Shown piece by piece: positions 1 to 10,639 of a DNA stretch of 64,000 bases. The stretch lies in contig OY759599.1 of assembly GCA_963662465.1 (NCBI GenBank), positions 3,232,001 through 3,296,000 of the forward strand. Direction: 5' to 3'. Each line of letters opens with the position of its first letter. Positions within the stretch are counted from its first letter, which is position 1. The notes under the pieces were generated by a model. The model had not been told where the DNA came from, did not search any database, and saw only the letters and a program-made list of their open reading frames with translations. Position numbers and translations under genes: made by a program. The DNA comes from Desulfatiglandales bacterium (GTDB lineage Bacteria > Desulfobacterota > DSM-4660 > Desulfatiglandales > Desulfatiglandaceae).

Positions 1-1
1 G

Positions 2-187
2 GAATCGGGAGACTATTTGAGCAATCTGGTGACGCTTTACCATCAGACGCCCGTACCCATCATCAAAACAATTCTTTCGGACATGGGCATCATCGAAACG
101 ACTGAAATCCTGCAGTCCGCGGCATTTGAACAAGAGGCCGTCACAACCCTGAAAAGACTGATGCGTGATTTTGGAGATTACACCTGA
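2..187 (+). CDS. 3' end of a CDS truncated by the window start (function not assignable)
   Basis: Open frame ESGDYLSNLVTLYHQTPVPIIKTILSDMGII...DFGDYT ending at TGA 185-187. Confidence 0.5.
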   Translation, partial: ESGDYLSNLVTLYHQTPVPIIKTILSDMGIIETTEILQSAAFEQEAVTTLKRLMRDFGDYT

Positions 188-226
188 AGCGGCGAACCGC
201 GGTTTTGAGTTTTTAAGTTCGGCCTC

Positions 227-1147
227 TCACTTTTCGATCTGGTTCAGCCGGTATTGGTAATAAGCGTCCCGCATGGCCACATAGGGATCCAAAGCGGCGT
301 CCTTCAGAGCCTCATACTCGCCGATACGAAGGGATGTCTTATTCACCATGTCGAAGGCCCGACCTCCCATATTGGGCCAGAAGTCCTCCACAATATAGTC
401 CCATGGATTAAGATAGAGCCCTCCCACCCAACCCGCGGTATCGCGCAGGCTGCTAGCCCCCAGAAAGGGCAGATTCAGGTAAAACCCCGGTCCGATGCCG
501 TAAAAAGCAAACACCTGCCCCAGATCCTCATCCTGCACCGGATAATCCAGTGCCACTTTAGCCACATCCTGGAATCCCAGAAATCCCGCGGACGAATTGA
601 CCATAAACCGCACCAGGGTGATTCCCACGCCTTTGATCTTCCCTTGCAACAGGCAGCTGACGAGGCGAATGGGCATGCTTAGATTCATGAAAAAATTCCG
701 CACGGAAAGCCGTAAGACTTCCGGCATCACAGTGCTGTATCCTTCGGCAACGGGTTTAAAAAACCAAAAATAGACCTTGTCGTTAAATTCAAAAAAGGCG
801 CGATTCATCGGTTCAAGGGGGTCGGGGAACAGCGACTCTTCCGGCGCTTCATCCGCTGGCCAGTCTTCCGCTCCTTCCGGCGCTTCGGAAGATTTTCCCT
901 CTGTTGACACTCCCCCCTCTGAGATGTTCGCCTTGGCGCGGTCCTGATCCAAACGGGTCATTCGAATCAACTCATGATTTTCCACACCGGCATCAAAGAA
1001 CAGGTTATTTTCCTGAAAAGGTGCGGCCGCGGCCCAGGTTGCGTCGCTCCAGCAAAGTATTCCAGTAAAAACCATTCCAAAAACCAAAATAAATGTCAAT
1101 CGATTGCGAAATCCCATGAATCGGTTCCTCTCATCAGAGCCCACCAT
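227..1147 (-). CDS. mlaA: MlaA/VacJ family lipoprotein
   Basis: DPLEPMNRAFFEFND, EDLGQ, GPGFYLNLPFLG, DPYVAMRDAY motifs; last gene of the mla operon. Confidence 0.9.
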   Translation of the reverse strand: MVGSDERNRFMGFRNRLTFILVFGMVFTGILCWSDATWAAAAPFQENNLFFDAGVENHELIRMTRLDQDRAKANISEGGVSTEGKSSEAPEGAEDWPADEAPEESLFPDPLEPMNRAFFEFNDKVYFWFFKPVAEGYSTVMPEVLRLSVRNFFMNLSMPIRLVSCLLQGKIKGVGITLVRFMVNSSAGFLGFQDVAKVALDYPVQDEDLGQVFAFYGIGPGFYLNLPFLGASSLRDTAGWVGGLYLNPWDYIVEDFWPNMGGRAFDMVNKTSLRIGEYEALKDAALDPYVAMRDAYYQYRLNQIEK

Positions 1148-1148
1148 T

Positions 1149-1769
1149 CTAATCCTTCTCCGCCACTTTTTCCCTTAGCTTTTTAACCAAACCATTATAA
1201 GAAGAACTCAATATGATACTATTAAACTGCTTTCGATAGTTGTTGACCAGGCTGACACCCTCGATAGAAATATCATACACCAGCCAACCCTTGTTTTCAT
1301 TTTTCACCCGGTACAGAACCAGCACATCCGTGTTGGAATGGGTGAGAATCTTTGCGGTAACGGTTCCATATTTTCCATCAATTGTCTCATCTACGTAAGA
1401 CACTTTTTCACCGGAATAACTGCCCACCTTGTTCAGGTAGGTACGCTCCAGCAATTTCCCGAAAAGTTCGATAAATTCCTTTCTTTCCCCTGTGGTCCTC
1501 TCTTTCCAATACCTGGCAAGGGATCTCTGGGTCATGGCCTCCCAGTCAAACCGCTCATCCACTGCCTGTCTGATTAATTGCCCCCGCTTTTTCTCATTTT
1601 CAGGACCCTTTAAGCCCGGATCAGTAACAATGGCGAGGATACGATCGGTTGTCTCTTTGATCCCATCGGTGGGGGCTCCGGCAAAACAGGGCACGGAAAG
1701 CACCATACTCAACAAAACACTCCGAAAAAAGAGAAGAAAGAAATATCGCATTCGGTGTTTTTCCATCAT
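1149..1769 (-). CDS. mlaC: MlaC/Ttg2D phospholipid-binding periplasmic protein
   Basis: Signal peptide; WLVYDISIEGVSLVNNYRKQF motif. Confidence 0.9.
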   Translation of the reverse strand: MMEKHRMRYFFLLFFRSVLLSMVLSVPCFAGAPTDGIKETTDRILAIVTDPGLKGPENEKKRGQLIRQAVDERFDWEAMTQRSLARYWKERTTGERKEFIELFGKLLERTYLNKVGSYSGEKVSYVDETIDGKYGTVTAKILTHSNTDVLVLYRVKNENKGWLVYDISIEGVSLVNNYRKQFNSIILSSSYNGLVKKLREKVAEKD

Positions 1770-1795
1770 AAAAGTCTCCCACTTTCGATCTATTG

Positions 1796-2236
1796 TTAAA
1801 GCTTGCCAAAAACATAATTGGAGATCAACTGCTCCAGATCAACGGCGGACTGGGTATCTCTGATTTTTCCGCCCGGGCCGATCATCTCTTCAGCGCCGCC
1901 CGGCGTGATCTCAATATATTTGTCGCCGATCAACCCCCGGGTTTTGATGGAAGCGATGGCATCCTCTTGAATCTTCACATTAAGGGGAAAATTCATTACC
2001 ACCCGGGCCTGATAATCATCCAGACCGACCTGTCTGACCCGGCCGATTTCCACCCCGGCAATCACCACGGATGAACCGGATTTGATACCGCCCCCGTTTG
2101 AAAAGACGGCCTCGACCTCATACCCCTGACTACCCAGGATCTCCAGTTTCCCCAACTTGATGGAAAGATACCCCAGGCAAACAATCCCCAAAATCATAAA
2201 GAGGCCCACGCTCAACTCAAGATCAAATTTCTTCAT
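1796..2236 (-). CDS. mlaD: MlaD MCE-domain protein
   Basis: N-terminal TM segment; GSSVVIAGVEIGRV and GLIGDKYIEITPG; ATG at 2236. Confidence 0.92.
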   Translation of the reverse strand: MKKFDLELSVGLFMILGIVCLGYLSIKLGKLEILGSQGYEVEAVFSNGGGIKSGSSVVIAGVEIGRVRQVGLDDYQARVVMNFPLNVKIQEDAIASIKTRGLIGDKYIEITPGGAEEMIGPGGKIRDTQSAVDLEQLISNYVFGKL

Positions 2237-2306
2237 CTGTTTTCTTTCCCCTGTCAAAAAGCAATTCGCGTTTAGCCATTGGCTTTGCCCTCACTGAGCC
2301 TGAAGC

Positions 2307-3026
2307 CTAAACGCTCAGGAATGCGCGAATCAACGGATCCCGGCTCTCGATAAAGTCCGACGGCGTGCCCTCTGCCCGGACCACCCCCTCATGCAGCATG
2401 ACCACTCGATCCACAATGGCAAAAACCTTCGGAATTTCATGGGTAACAATAATGCCTGTAAACGAGAGTCGCCGGTGGCAGGCGTCGATGAGTTTTAAAA
2501 TCGACTGGCCGGTCACAGGATCCAGCCCGGTTGTGGGTTCATCAAAAAGCATGATTTCAGGATCCCCCACCAGTGCCCTGGCCAGTGCCGCCCGCTTCAC
2601 CATGCCCCCGCTGATTTGAGAGGGATAGCGATTTTCCGATCCGGAAAGCCCGACGTTTTCCAGCTCCTTTAAAACCCTTTCCCGAATGACGCCGCGGCTT
2701 AGTTTGCTTTTTTCTTTCAAAGGGAACGCGACATTTTCAAAAACATTCATGGAATCAAACAGTGCCCCTCCCTGGAAAAGAAAGCCTAATCGCTCCCTGA
2801 AAACACCCAGGGTTTTCCGTTTGGACCCGCTTATTTCCTTGCCATCCACCATCACGCGTCCACGATCCGGATTCATCAAGCCGGCCACATGTTTTAACAA
2901 CACGCTCTTACCGCCGCCGCTTCCCCCCACCAGAGCGAATACCTGTCCCTTGCGCACTTCAAAGGAGATGCCTTTGAGTACGTCATGCCCATCAAACGAT
3001 TTCCGTAAATCTTCAATTTTGATCAT
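2307..3026 (-). CDS. mlaF: MlaF ABC transporter ATPase
   Basis: Walker A GGSGGGKS, FQGGALFDS, ISGGMVKR, DEPTTGLDP. Confidence 0.92.
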   Translation of the reverse strand: MIKIEDLRKSFDGHDVLKGISFEVRKGQVFALVGGSGGGKSVLLKHVAGLMNPDRGRVMVDGKEISGSKRKTLGVFRERLGFLFQGGALFDSMNVFENVAFPLKEKSKLSRGVIRERVLKELENVGLSGSENRYPSQISGGMVKRAALARALVGDPEIMLFDEPTTGLDPVTGQSILKLIDACHRRLSFTGIIVTHEIPKVFAIVDRVVMLHEGVVRAEGTPSDFIESRDPLIRAFLSV

Positions 3027-3082
3027 CAGGCGTTTACCTACCCTCTACCCGCCACGGGCAGGATCTATTATAAAACAAGGTG

Positions 3083-3853
3083 TCAAAACAGTATGGACGT
3101 CATAAAATAATCCCAGACCAGAATCAACACGGATGACTGCACCACGGCCTGGGTGGTGGCCTTGCTCACCCCTTCCGAGCCGAATCCCGTATATATCCCC
3201 GTATAATAACCTTTAAAACAACAGACCCAGGCAATGATCACACCGAAACTCAGGGATTTGTAAACGCCTTCCAGAACGTCCTGGATTTCCACATAATGGG
3301 CCATTTCTCCGAAGTAGGTGCCGGCGCCGACCCCCAGCAACTCACCCCCGATCAGGTATCCGCCAAAAATCCCCATCACATCAAAAATCGCGGTTAACAG
3401 CGGGACGGAAATGATGGCGGCAAACAGATTGGGGACCACCAAATAACGATAAGGATTCAGTCCCATCAGTTCCAGGGCGTCGATCTGCTCGCTGATGCGC
3501 ATAATTCCGATTTCAGCGGCAACAGCGGACCCCGCCCTTCCGGTCACCATGAGAGCGGCAATAACAGGCCCCAGTTCCTTGATCAGGGCCAGCCCCACCA
3601 TGGGGCCTAGGAAAGCATCGGAACCAAAACGACTTAAGCTGTAGAACCCCTGAAACCCTAACACCATGCCTGAAAATCCTCCGGTCAGCAGGATCAGCAG
3701 GATCGATTGAAATCCAATGAACCGGATCTGCTTGAGACATCTGGAAATTTTAAGGGGTGGAATAAGAGCGTACAAAAGGGTCTTTTGCAAAAAAATACCC
3801 ATGGCGCCCATTCTTCGAACATGTTCCAGTGTGAAAAAACCGATTTTCCGCAT
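3083..3853 (-). CDS. mlaE: MlaE ABC transporter permease
   Basis: KELGPV, GRAGSAVAAEIGIMRISEQIDALELMG, ATTQAVV. Confidence 0.93.
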   Translation of the reverse strand: MRKIGFFTLEHVRRMGAMGIFLQKTLLYALIPPLKISRCLKQIRFIGFQSILLILLTGGFSGMVLGFQGFYSLSRFGSDAFLGPMVGLALIKELGPVIAALMVTGRAGSAVAAEIGIMRISEQIDALELMGLNPYRYLVVPNLFAAIISVPLLTAIFDVMGIFGGYLIGGELLGVGAGTYFGEMAHYVEIQDVLEGVYKSLSFGVIIAWVCCFKGYYTGIYTGFGSEGVSKATTQAVVQSSVLILVWDYFMTSILF

Positions 3854-3940
3854 AACCCTGGGAACAAATGGGATAAAACCCGCGTTATGTGTTAAAACTT
3901 TTCCGATGTTGAAATTCCCTTCGTTTTGTAATAGAAAAGA

Positions 3941-3964
3941 AGCTATTAGCTATTAGCTGTTAGC
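3941..3964. repeat. Heptamer tandem repeat (AGCTATT/AGCTGTT) x3.5
   Basis: agctatt agctatt agctgtt agc between mlaE and rlmH. Confidence 0.7.
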
Positions 3965-4036
3965 CTGGTTCCCATGCGCCTTGGGTAGAACGGGAAAGCC
4001 TGGGACCGTCAACCGAAGTTTCATACGGAAGTCTTC

Positions 4037-4507
4037 ATGCCGAAAATCAAAATTATTGTGGTCGGCAACACCAAATCGTCCTTCCTCAAAGAGGGGGAAT
4101 TATTTTATCTCAAACGCCTCAGGCAATACATTCCCATCGAGTGGATCGTAGTCAAACCCGAGAAAATTTCAAAGGGAGCCCGAAAGGAAGGATTGCTGGC
4201 CTTGGAAGGTCGCTCCATCCTGAAGAAACTCCATTCCAGGGATCATATCATCACCCTCGACATCGCAGGGAAAGAATACTCTTCTGAAGCGCTTTCCCGC
4301 CGAATTGATCGGTTATCATGGAAGGGAGATCCCCTGTGTTTTATTATCGGAGGCCCTTTAGGGATTTCAAAAGAAATCCTGCGCGGCGCCCATGAAACGC
4401 TATCGCTTTCAAGACTGACCCTCACCCATGAAATGAGCCGCACGCTTCTCCTGGAGCAGCTCTATAGAGCGTTTACCATCATGAGAGGTGAAAAATACCA
4501 CAAGTAA
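4037..4507 (+). CDS. rlmH: 23S rRNA pseudouridine-1915 N3-methyltransferase
   Basis: FIIGGPLG, SLSRLTLTHEM, EQLYRAFTI..GEKYHK. Confidence 0.95.
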   Translation: MPKIKIIVVGNTKSSFLKEGELFYLKRLRQYIPIEWIVVKPEKISKGARKEGLLALEGRSILKKLHSRDHIITLDIAGKEYSSEALSRRIDRLSWKGDPLCFIIGGPLGISKEILRGAHETLSLSRLTLTHEMSRTLLLEQLYRAFTIMRGEKYHK

Positions 4508-4541
4508 AACCCCGGCGCCCTGCCGCCGATCGATTCAGGGC

Positions 4542-4904
4542 CTATTCCTTGGAAGCTTCAAGGGCCATGGCGATCTTGTTCTTCAGCTCCGACAGATCAA
4601 ACGATTTGATGACATAGAAATCTGCGGCGATGGATTTCATGTTCTCCTTGAAAGTATCGTAGGCAGTACATAACACCACCGGCAAATCATAAAATTTATT
4701 TCGGATATCCTGCAAAAGATCGAGGCCGTTATAATCCACCATTTTGATGTCAAGAACCACCAGATCAGGTTTCTCTTTCTCGATCTTTTCCAATAACATA
4801 TAACCATTCTCCGCCGTAATGACCTCGTAGCCGGCATCACTCAATTCCTCGGAGTACAGATATCGAATATGTTCTTCATCGTCTACAATCAGGATTTTGG
4901 CCAT
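4542..4904 (-). CDS. Single-domain response regulator
   Basis: KILIVDDE, LDIKM, CTAY, K; ATG at 4904. Confidence 0.9.
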   Translation of the reverse strand: MAKILIVDDEEHIRYLYSEELSDAGYEVITAENGYMLLEKIEKEKPDLVVLDIKMVDYNGLDLLQDIRNKFYDLPVVLCTAYDTFKENMKSIAADFYVIKSFDLSELKNKIAMALEASKE

Positions 4905-5046
4905 AATTTTTCTCCACAAATTTTAAAAATTACACCGAACACGCGCTATTATTTTCCGTCCGGCGGATGAACCCGATTATTTAACAGTATATTATATCAA
5001 AAGCAAATGGCGTTTGCAAATCAACCCTAAAACTTTTTTGAGTTTC

Positions 5047-5091
5047 TCTCAAAAAAAAGCCCCCAATCATCCGGGGGTCTTTTTTTTGAGA
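5047..5091. terminator. Bidirectional intrinsic terminator
   Basis: A8-gccccc...gggggtc-T8 flanked by tctc/gaga. Confidence 0.75.
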
Positions 5092-5271
5092 GCATTTCAT
5101 ATTGGATGGCAAAACCGGCTACCACTCCTGATCCAAATCAACCTCGTCCCTTTCGTACTGAGCGTTTCTCAACGCATTGGCCTTTTTGATCTCTTTATGA
5201 TCAGCGGTTCCATCAAATTAACCTCCTCCATTCACCTTCCAGCCTATTATCCGCATTATATTAGTCACATA

Positions 5272-5300
5272 TTTCTAGGACCTTCCGGGATAAATGTCAA
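5272..5300 (-). promoter_or_regulatory. Sigma-70-type promoter pointing left into the intergenic region
   Basis: Minus strand TTGACA-17 nt-TAGAAA. Confidence 0.5.
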
Positions 5301-5580
5301 TCAGGAAATAAAAAAACCGCGGGGATGCTCGAAACAGGTTCGGGAAATCACTCAAAAAATCACTTTGGCCATAGCTATATTGTGAATAAACCTGTTGCCA
5401 ATTTTATTTTCATACGGTAAGAGATACACACTTCAAGGTGGTTGGCTGGAAGTTGGCAGGAAACCTTCGTGGCGTCAAGAAATTATTGAATATTTAAGAC
5501 ATATCATATTCATATAGGCTGCTGCTTTCTGCAATCAATTTAACATTAATACAGTTTATTTAGGAAAAGGAGATTATTTT

Positions 5581-6747
5581 ATGGATTTTGGGTTAAGCGA
5601 AGAATTGCAGATGCTCCGCGATATGGCACGTGATTTTGCCGCTGAAAAAATCGCTCCATTTGCGGACGAATGGGATGAAAAGCATTATTTCCCCTATGAA
5701 GAAGTTGTCAAGCCCATGGGAGAACTGGGTTTTTTCGGCACCGTCATCCCCGAGGAATACGGCGGAAATGAAATGGGCTGGCTGGCGGCCATCATTTTAA
5801 CCGAAGAAATTGCCAGGGCGTCCAGTTCCCTTCGGGTTCAAATCAACATGTTGACCCTCGGCTGCGCATTTACCATCTACCGTTACAGCACCAGTGATGA
5901 AGTCAAGAAAAAATACATTCCGAAACTGGTCAGCGCCGAATACATGGGCGGCTTCGGCATTACCGAACCGAATGCCGGTTCAGACGTGATGGCCATGAAA
6001 TCCACGGCACAGGACAAAGGGGACCACTGGCTGTTGAATGGCTCAAAAACCTGGATATCGAATACCAGAGTGGCTGACGCCCTCATATTTTATGCCTATA
6101 CGGACAGGGAAGCCAGGGGCAGAGGCCTGTCCGCATTCGTGATTGAGCCCAAAAATTTCAACGGCATTTCCACCACGGATCTGGACAAAATGGGATCCAG
6201 ATCATCGCCAACCGGTGAAATCATTCTCGAGGACACCAAGGTTCCCAAAGAAAATCTGCTGGGAAAACCGGGCGACGGCGCCAAAATCGTCTTCGGCTCC
6301 CTGAACCAGACCCGACTTTCCGCCGCTGCCGGCGGCATCGGCCTGGCACAGGCCTGTCTGGACGCGGCCACAGCCTATTGTCAGGAAAGAGAGCAGTTCG
6401 GAAAACCCATCGGCCAGTTCCAAATGAACCAGGATCTGATAGCACAAATTACCACGGAGATCGAAGCAGCCCGACTGATCGTTTACAAGGCGGCCTGGCA
6501 GAAAGACCAGGGCAATTTGGGGAACACCCTTGAGGTGGCTCAGGCCAAATATCTGGCAGGAGAAATTGCGGTCAAAGCAAGTCATGTAGCCCTGAAAATT
6601 CTCGGCGCCTACGGCTACTCAACGGAATACCCGGTAGCGCGGTATTACCGGGACGCCCCCACTTATCAAATGGTGGAAGGCTCCAGCAATATCTGTAAGT
6701 GGATCATTGCCCTGGATCAGTTGGGCATTCGAAAAGCGAACCGATAA
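5581..6747 (+). CDS. acd: Glutaryl-CoA dehydrogenase, non-decarboxylating (glutaconyl-CoA forming)
   Basis: ACAD fold; YRDAPTYQMVEGS and LDQLGIRKANR C-terminus as I recall for the Desulfococcus-type enzyme; adjacent to gcdA. Confidence 0.88.
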   Translation: MDFGLSEELQMLRDMARDFAAEKIAPFADEWDEKHYFPYEEVVKPMGELGFFGTVIPEEYGGNEMGWLAAIILTEEIARASSSLRVQINMLTLGCAFTIYRYSTSDEVKKKYIPKLVSAEYMGGFGITEPNAGSDVMAMKSTAQDKGDHWLLNGSKTWISNTRVADALIFYAYTDREARGRGLSAFVIEPKNFNGISTTDLDKMGSRSSPTGEIILEDTKVPKENLLGKPGDGAKIVFGSLNQTRLSAAAGGIGLAQACLDAATAYCQEREQFGKPIGQFQMNQDLIAQITTEIEAARLIVYKAAWQKDQGNLGNTLEVAQAKYLAGEIAVKASHVALKILGAYGYSTEYPVARYYRDAPTYQMVEGSSNICKWIIALDQLGIRKANR

Positions 6748-6769
6748 AGGATGTTAAACGGAGGAAGCA

Positions 6770-8503
6770 ATGAAACCATATTTTGAAAAAATGACCCCTT
6801 TCGGCAAACCGCTCACTGATAAACAAATTGAAGCGGCCAAAGAAAACGTAGCGGATATCAAAGGGGTTGAAAAGCAAGTGGCAGAGGCGGTCGAAACCGT
6901 CAAAAATGCGGGTCTCCCTGAAAAGATTCTCAAAAAACGCGGACAACTGAATGTCTGGGAACGCATCGACTACCTCATTGATCCAGGCACCTGGTGTCCC
7001 CTTCACACCCTTTATGATCCCCAGTTCAATGAAGAAGGCACCACCGGGGTCATCGACGGACTGGCCAAAATCAACGGCAAATGGGCCGTTGTGATCGGTT
7101 TCAACAATAAAGTCATGGCTGGCGCATGGATTTCCGGACAGGCGGACAACCAGCTTCGGGTCACGGATATGGCCAAACGACTGCACGTCCCCCTGGTGTG
7201 GATCGTGAACTGCAGCGGCGTAAAACTGCCGGAGCAACAGGAAGTCTATGCCAACCGACGCGGCAACGGCACCACCTTCTACCGCCATGCGGAACTGGAA
7301 AAACTGGGCGTGCCCATCCTGGCCGGCATCTACGGCACCAACCCCGCGGGCGGCGGATACCAGGGGATCAGTCCCACCATCCTGTTGGCCCACAAAGACG
7401 CCAATATCGCGGTAGGAGGCGGCGGCATTGTCAGCGGCATGAGCCCCAAGGGTTCTTTTGACGAAGACGGCGCCGAGCAACTGATCGAATCCACGCGTCA
7501 CTTTAAAGAAGTTCCTCCGGGCAGCGTCCCCATCCATTTCAATGAAACGGGCTTCTTCAAAGAGGTTTATGAAACCGAAGAAGGCGTCCTGGACGCCCTC
7601 AAGAAGTATGTGGACATGTGCCCGGCCTATGATCCTAACTTTTTCAGGGTTGCCGAACCCAAAGAACCCAAGTTTTCAGGGGAAGACATTAACAGCATCA
7701 TCGCCTTCAACCAGAAACGAAGCTACAGCCTGGACGAAATGATGGCCCGCATCTTCGACAACAGCGAGCATATGGAATTCAGACCCGGCTACGGCCCCGA
7801 GGTCTACACGGGATTGGCCAAAATCGACGGATTGCTGATGGCCTTTATCGGAAATCGGCAGGGGTTCCTCGGCGCTAAATATCCTGAATATGCACCTTAC
7901 CCGGGGATCGGCGGAAAGTTGTACCGTCAGGGCCTGATCAAAATGAATGAATTTGTCACCCTTTGCGGTCGCGACCGGGTGCCCATCGTATGGTTCCAGG
8001 ACACCAGCGGCATCGATGTGGGAGATATTGCGGAAAAAGCGGAACTCCTGGGGCTGGGTCAGTCGCTCATTTATTCCATTGAGCAAACGGACGTCCCCCA
8101 GATCTGTATCGTTCTTCGGAAGGGAACCGCGGCGGCCCATTACATCATGGGAGGCCCCACCAGCAACAACCACAATGCCTTTACCCTGGGGACCCCCACC
8201 ACGGAAATTTACGTGATGCATGGTGAAACAGCAGCTGCCGCTTCCTTTGCGCGACGGCTGGTCAAGGAAAAGGATGCCGGTCGCCCATTAGGGCCCGTCA
8301 TTGAGAAAATGAATGATTTGGCCCAGCAGTATCATGATAATTCCAGACCCATATACTGCGCCAACAGGGGCTATGTGGACGAAATCGTCTCATATCCCAT
8401 GCTGAGAAAATACATTGCCGCCTTTGCCGGTTGTGCGTACCAGAATCCCACCTCCATCTGCCCGCACCACCACATGATGCTTCCCAGAATTATCAAGGGA
8501 TAA
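6770..8503 (+). CDS. gcdA: Glutaconyl-CoA decarboxylase alpha (carboxyltransferase) subunit
   Basis: NCSGVKLPEQ, GTNPAGGGY, KGTAAAHYIMGGP, MHGETAA. Confidence 0.9.
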   Translation: MKPYFEKMTPFGKPLTDKQIEAAKENVADIKGVEKQVAEAVETVKNAGLPEKILKKRGQLNVWERIDYLIDPGTWCPLHTLYDPQFNEEGTTGVIDGLAKINGKWAVVIGFNNKVMAGAWISGQADNQLRVTDMAKRLHVPLVWIVNCSGVKLPEQQEVYANRRGNGTTFYRHAELEKLGVPILAGIYGTNPAGGGYQGISPTILLAHKDANIAVGGGGIVSGMSPKGSFDEDGAEQLIESTRHFKEVPPGSVPIHFNETGFFKEVYETEEGVLDALKKYVDMCPAYDPNFFRVAEPKEPKFSGEDINSIIAFNQKRSYSLDEMMARIFDNSEHMEFRPGYGPEVYTGLAKIDGLLMAFIGNRQGFLGAKYPEYAPYPGIGGKLYRQGLIKMNEFVTLCGRDRVPIVWFQDTSGIDVGDIAEKAELLGLGQSLIYSIEQTDVPQICIVLRKGTAAAHYIMGGPTSNNHNAFTLGTPTTEIYVMHGETAAAASFARRLVKEKDAGRPLGPVIEKMNDLAQQYHDNSRPIYCANRGYVDEIVSYPMLRKYIAAFAGCAYQNPTSICPHHHMMLPRIIKG

Positions 8504-8515
8504 CACGCCTCAAAC

Positions 8516-8554
8516 AAAAAAGAGCGGGTTCCGTTGAAGGAACCCGCTCTTTTT
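8516..8554. terminator. Bidirectional intrinsic terminator after gcdA
   Basis: aaaaa-AGAGCGGGTTCC-gttgaa-GGAACCCGCTCT-tttt, perfect 12-bp stem. Confidence 0.9.
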
Positions 8555-8662
8555 AATAGACTTCCAGGCCGGAAACCATTTGCCACGATATTTAAACCCC
8601 ATGATGGACATGGCTCGCGCTGTCCACAATTACCGGGAAACAACAGTCGTCATCCAAATACC

Positions 8663-10585
8663 CTAGAATTTTGATAATTCATCATCCTCAAGGGGAAAGA
8701 CTTGTTCAGGTCTCAATTCGCCGCTCTCCCTTAACATCGGTTTTTTTGCGTTCCTTTTCTTACGATCATGACCCATGGGATTTTCAACTAATCCATGGCT
8801 TGTATCGGGTGTGGTTTTTACCCTACGGGTTCCGTCATTGGCGCCGCCGATAACATAGACGAGATCGCCCACGATACTGCGCATCTGTTCCGCCTGGGCG
8901 TTCATCTCCTCCGAGGCAGCGGCCGATTCCTCAGCATTGGCCGCATTCTGCTGGGTAACCTTGTCCATTTCCATGATGGCCTGGTTGATCTGTTCAACCC
9001 CTTTAGCCTGCTCGGATGAGGCGGCAGCAATTTCATTCACCAATTCCCCGACTTTTCTAACCCTGGTAACGGTTTCACCAAAAGCCTCGCTGGTTCCGGT
9101 CACCACCTGCGAACCAGCGTTAATTTTTTTCACAGTATCATCTATAAGCCCCGCCGTGTTTTTGGCGGCATCCGCGGCCCTCAAGGCCAGGTTTCTCACT
9201 TCATCGGCGACCACGGCAAATCCTGCCCCCGCCTCCCCTGCCCTTGCCGCCTCAACGGCCGCATTGAGGGCCAGAAGATTGGTCTGGAAAGCAATCTCAT
9301 CAATGGTTTTGATGATTTTCTGCGTCTCTTCGCTGGCTCTGGAAATATCTTCCATGGATTGGGTCAGATGGGTCATGGATTCATCCGCGCGGGTAACGAC
9401 CTGGTTGGTTTCCTTCATCAGGCTATCCGCCTCATTGGCATTGTTCGCGTTCTGCCGGGTCATGGAAGACATCTCTTCCAGAGAAGAAGATGTCTCTTCC
9501 AAAGCGGCGGCCGATTCAGCAGCGCCTTCGGCCAGGGATTGGCTGGAAGCAGATACTTGAGTCGATGCGGCCGCCACCTGCTCAGACCCGTCATTGAGCC
9601 CGTGTGCCGCGCGCATGATGGGCCGGGTGATACTGCGTGCAAACAGAAAGACCGCCAGGATCGTCAAGACCAGGAAAATCCCCCCCACAAGCAGGATGAC
9701 ATTTCTGATGGCATGGGCGGCGACCATGAATTCATCCGTTGGCTGTGTAACGCCGATGCTCCACCCCGTAAAAGCCACCGGCGCATATCCCGCGATTTTA
9801 TCGATCCCTTCAAAGATATAGGAATCAACCCCGCGCTTGTGGGCCAACATGTTCCCCATAATGGATTCCATCCCCTTGACCTTTGCCAGGTTTGTTTCAA
9901 GAATATGTTTTTTGTTGGGGTGTGCAACGGTCAGACCGGTCTTGTCCACCATAAACGGATAACCGGTTTCTCCCACCTTCACGGAAATGATATTATCCGT
10001 CAAAAATTCAATTTTCAGAACCGTTGCGACAGTCCCCAGAAATTTTCCGTCACTGGAAAACACCGGCGCACATACCGGGACAACAGGGAGACCTGACATT
10101 TTGGATTTTACCACCGTGCCCACATTGGCTTTGCCGCTTTTGGCCACATGAAAATAGTCGCGGTCCGCTAAAGATATCCCCTTTAACGTTCCCCCGTTGC
10201 CATCGGCGATGACAGTTCCGGATGCATCGCTCACAACAATTGTTTCATAGTCGTCCCCCACCTTTTTCATGGTATTGGCCAACCTGCTATTAAGATGATC
10301 AATCTCTGAAGCGGCATCTTTCATACCGGCTTCGGCAACGGTTTTGACGGTACTTCTCAATTGACGTCCCACCGCCAATTCTTCAACGAGCTTGACCTCC
10401 TCCATAAGCACAAACTGCGTCATGGCAGCCAGGTTGCCGGCAATATTCATGGCCTGTTCTTTTGCAAGCGCCTCAAGTGATTTCGATGCTTTGTTGACCG
10501 AAAAAAAACCCACCACCACCAGTGGGATTAATACCGCGGCAATACCGCCTGTAACGAGTTTAAAACCGAGTGATCTTCTTTTCAT
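8663..10585 (-). CDS. Methyl-accepting chemotaxis protein with dCache sensor
   Basis: Two TM segments, Cache-like periplasmic domain, [34 protein letters not shown]. Confidence 0.95.
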   Translation of the reverse strand: MKRRSLGFKLVTGGIAAVLIPLVVVGFFSVNKASKSLEALAKEQAMNIAGNLAAMTQFVLMEEVKLVEELAVGRQLRSTVKTVAEAGMKDAASEIDHLNSRLANTMKKVGDDYETIVVSDASGTVIADGNGGTLKGISLADRDYFHVAKSGKANVGTVVKSKMSGLPVVPVCAPVFSSDGKFLGTVATVLKIEFLTDNIISVKVGETGYPFMVDKTGLTVAHPNKKHILETNLAKVKGMESIMGNMLAHKRGVDSYIFEGIDKIAGYAPVAFTGWSIGVTQPTDEFMVAAHAIRNVILLVGGIFLVLTILAVFLFARSITRPIMRAAHGLNDGSEQVAAASTQVSASSQSLAEGAAESAAALEETSSSLEEMSSMTRQNANNANEADSLMKETNQVVTRADESMTHLTQSMEDISRASEETQKIIKTIDEIAFQTNLLALNAAVEAARAGEAGAGFAVVADEVRNLALRAADAAKNTAGLIDDTVKKINAGSQVVTGTSEAFGETVTRVRKVGELVNEIAAASSEQAKGVEQINQAIMEMDKVTQQNAANAEESAAASEEMNAQAEQMRSIVGDLVYVIGGANDGTRRVKTTPDTSHGLVENPMGHDRKKRNAKKPMLRESGELRPEQVFPLEDDELSKF

Positions 10586-10639
10586 TTCTTTGCCCCTTAT
10601 GTTATGATTATTGGATTCGGCATGGCCCCTTCAATTTTT

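Noticed and set aside
5014..5385. 123-aa plus-strand ORF in the intergenic region
   Set aside because: TTG start without RBS, crosses a terminator, no recognisable features
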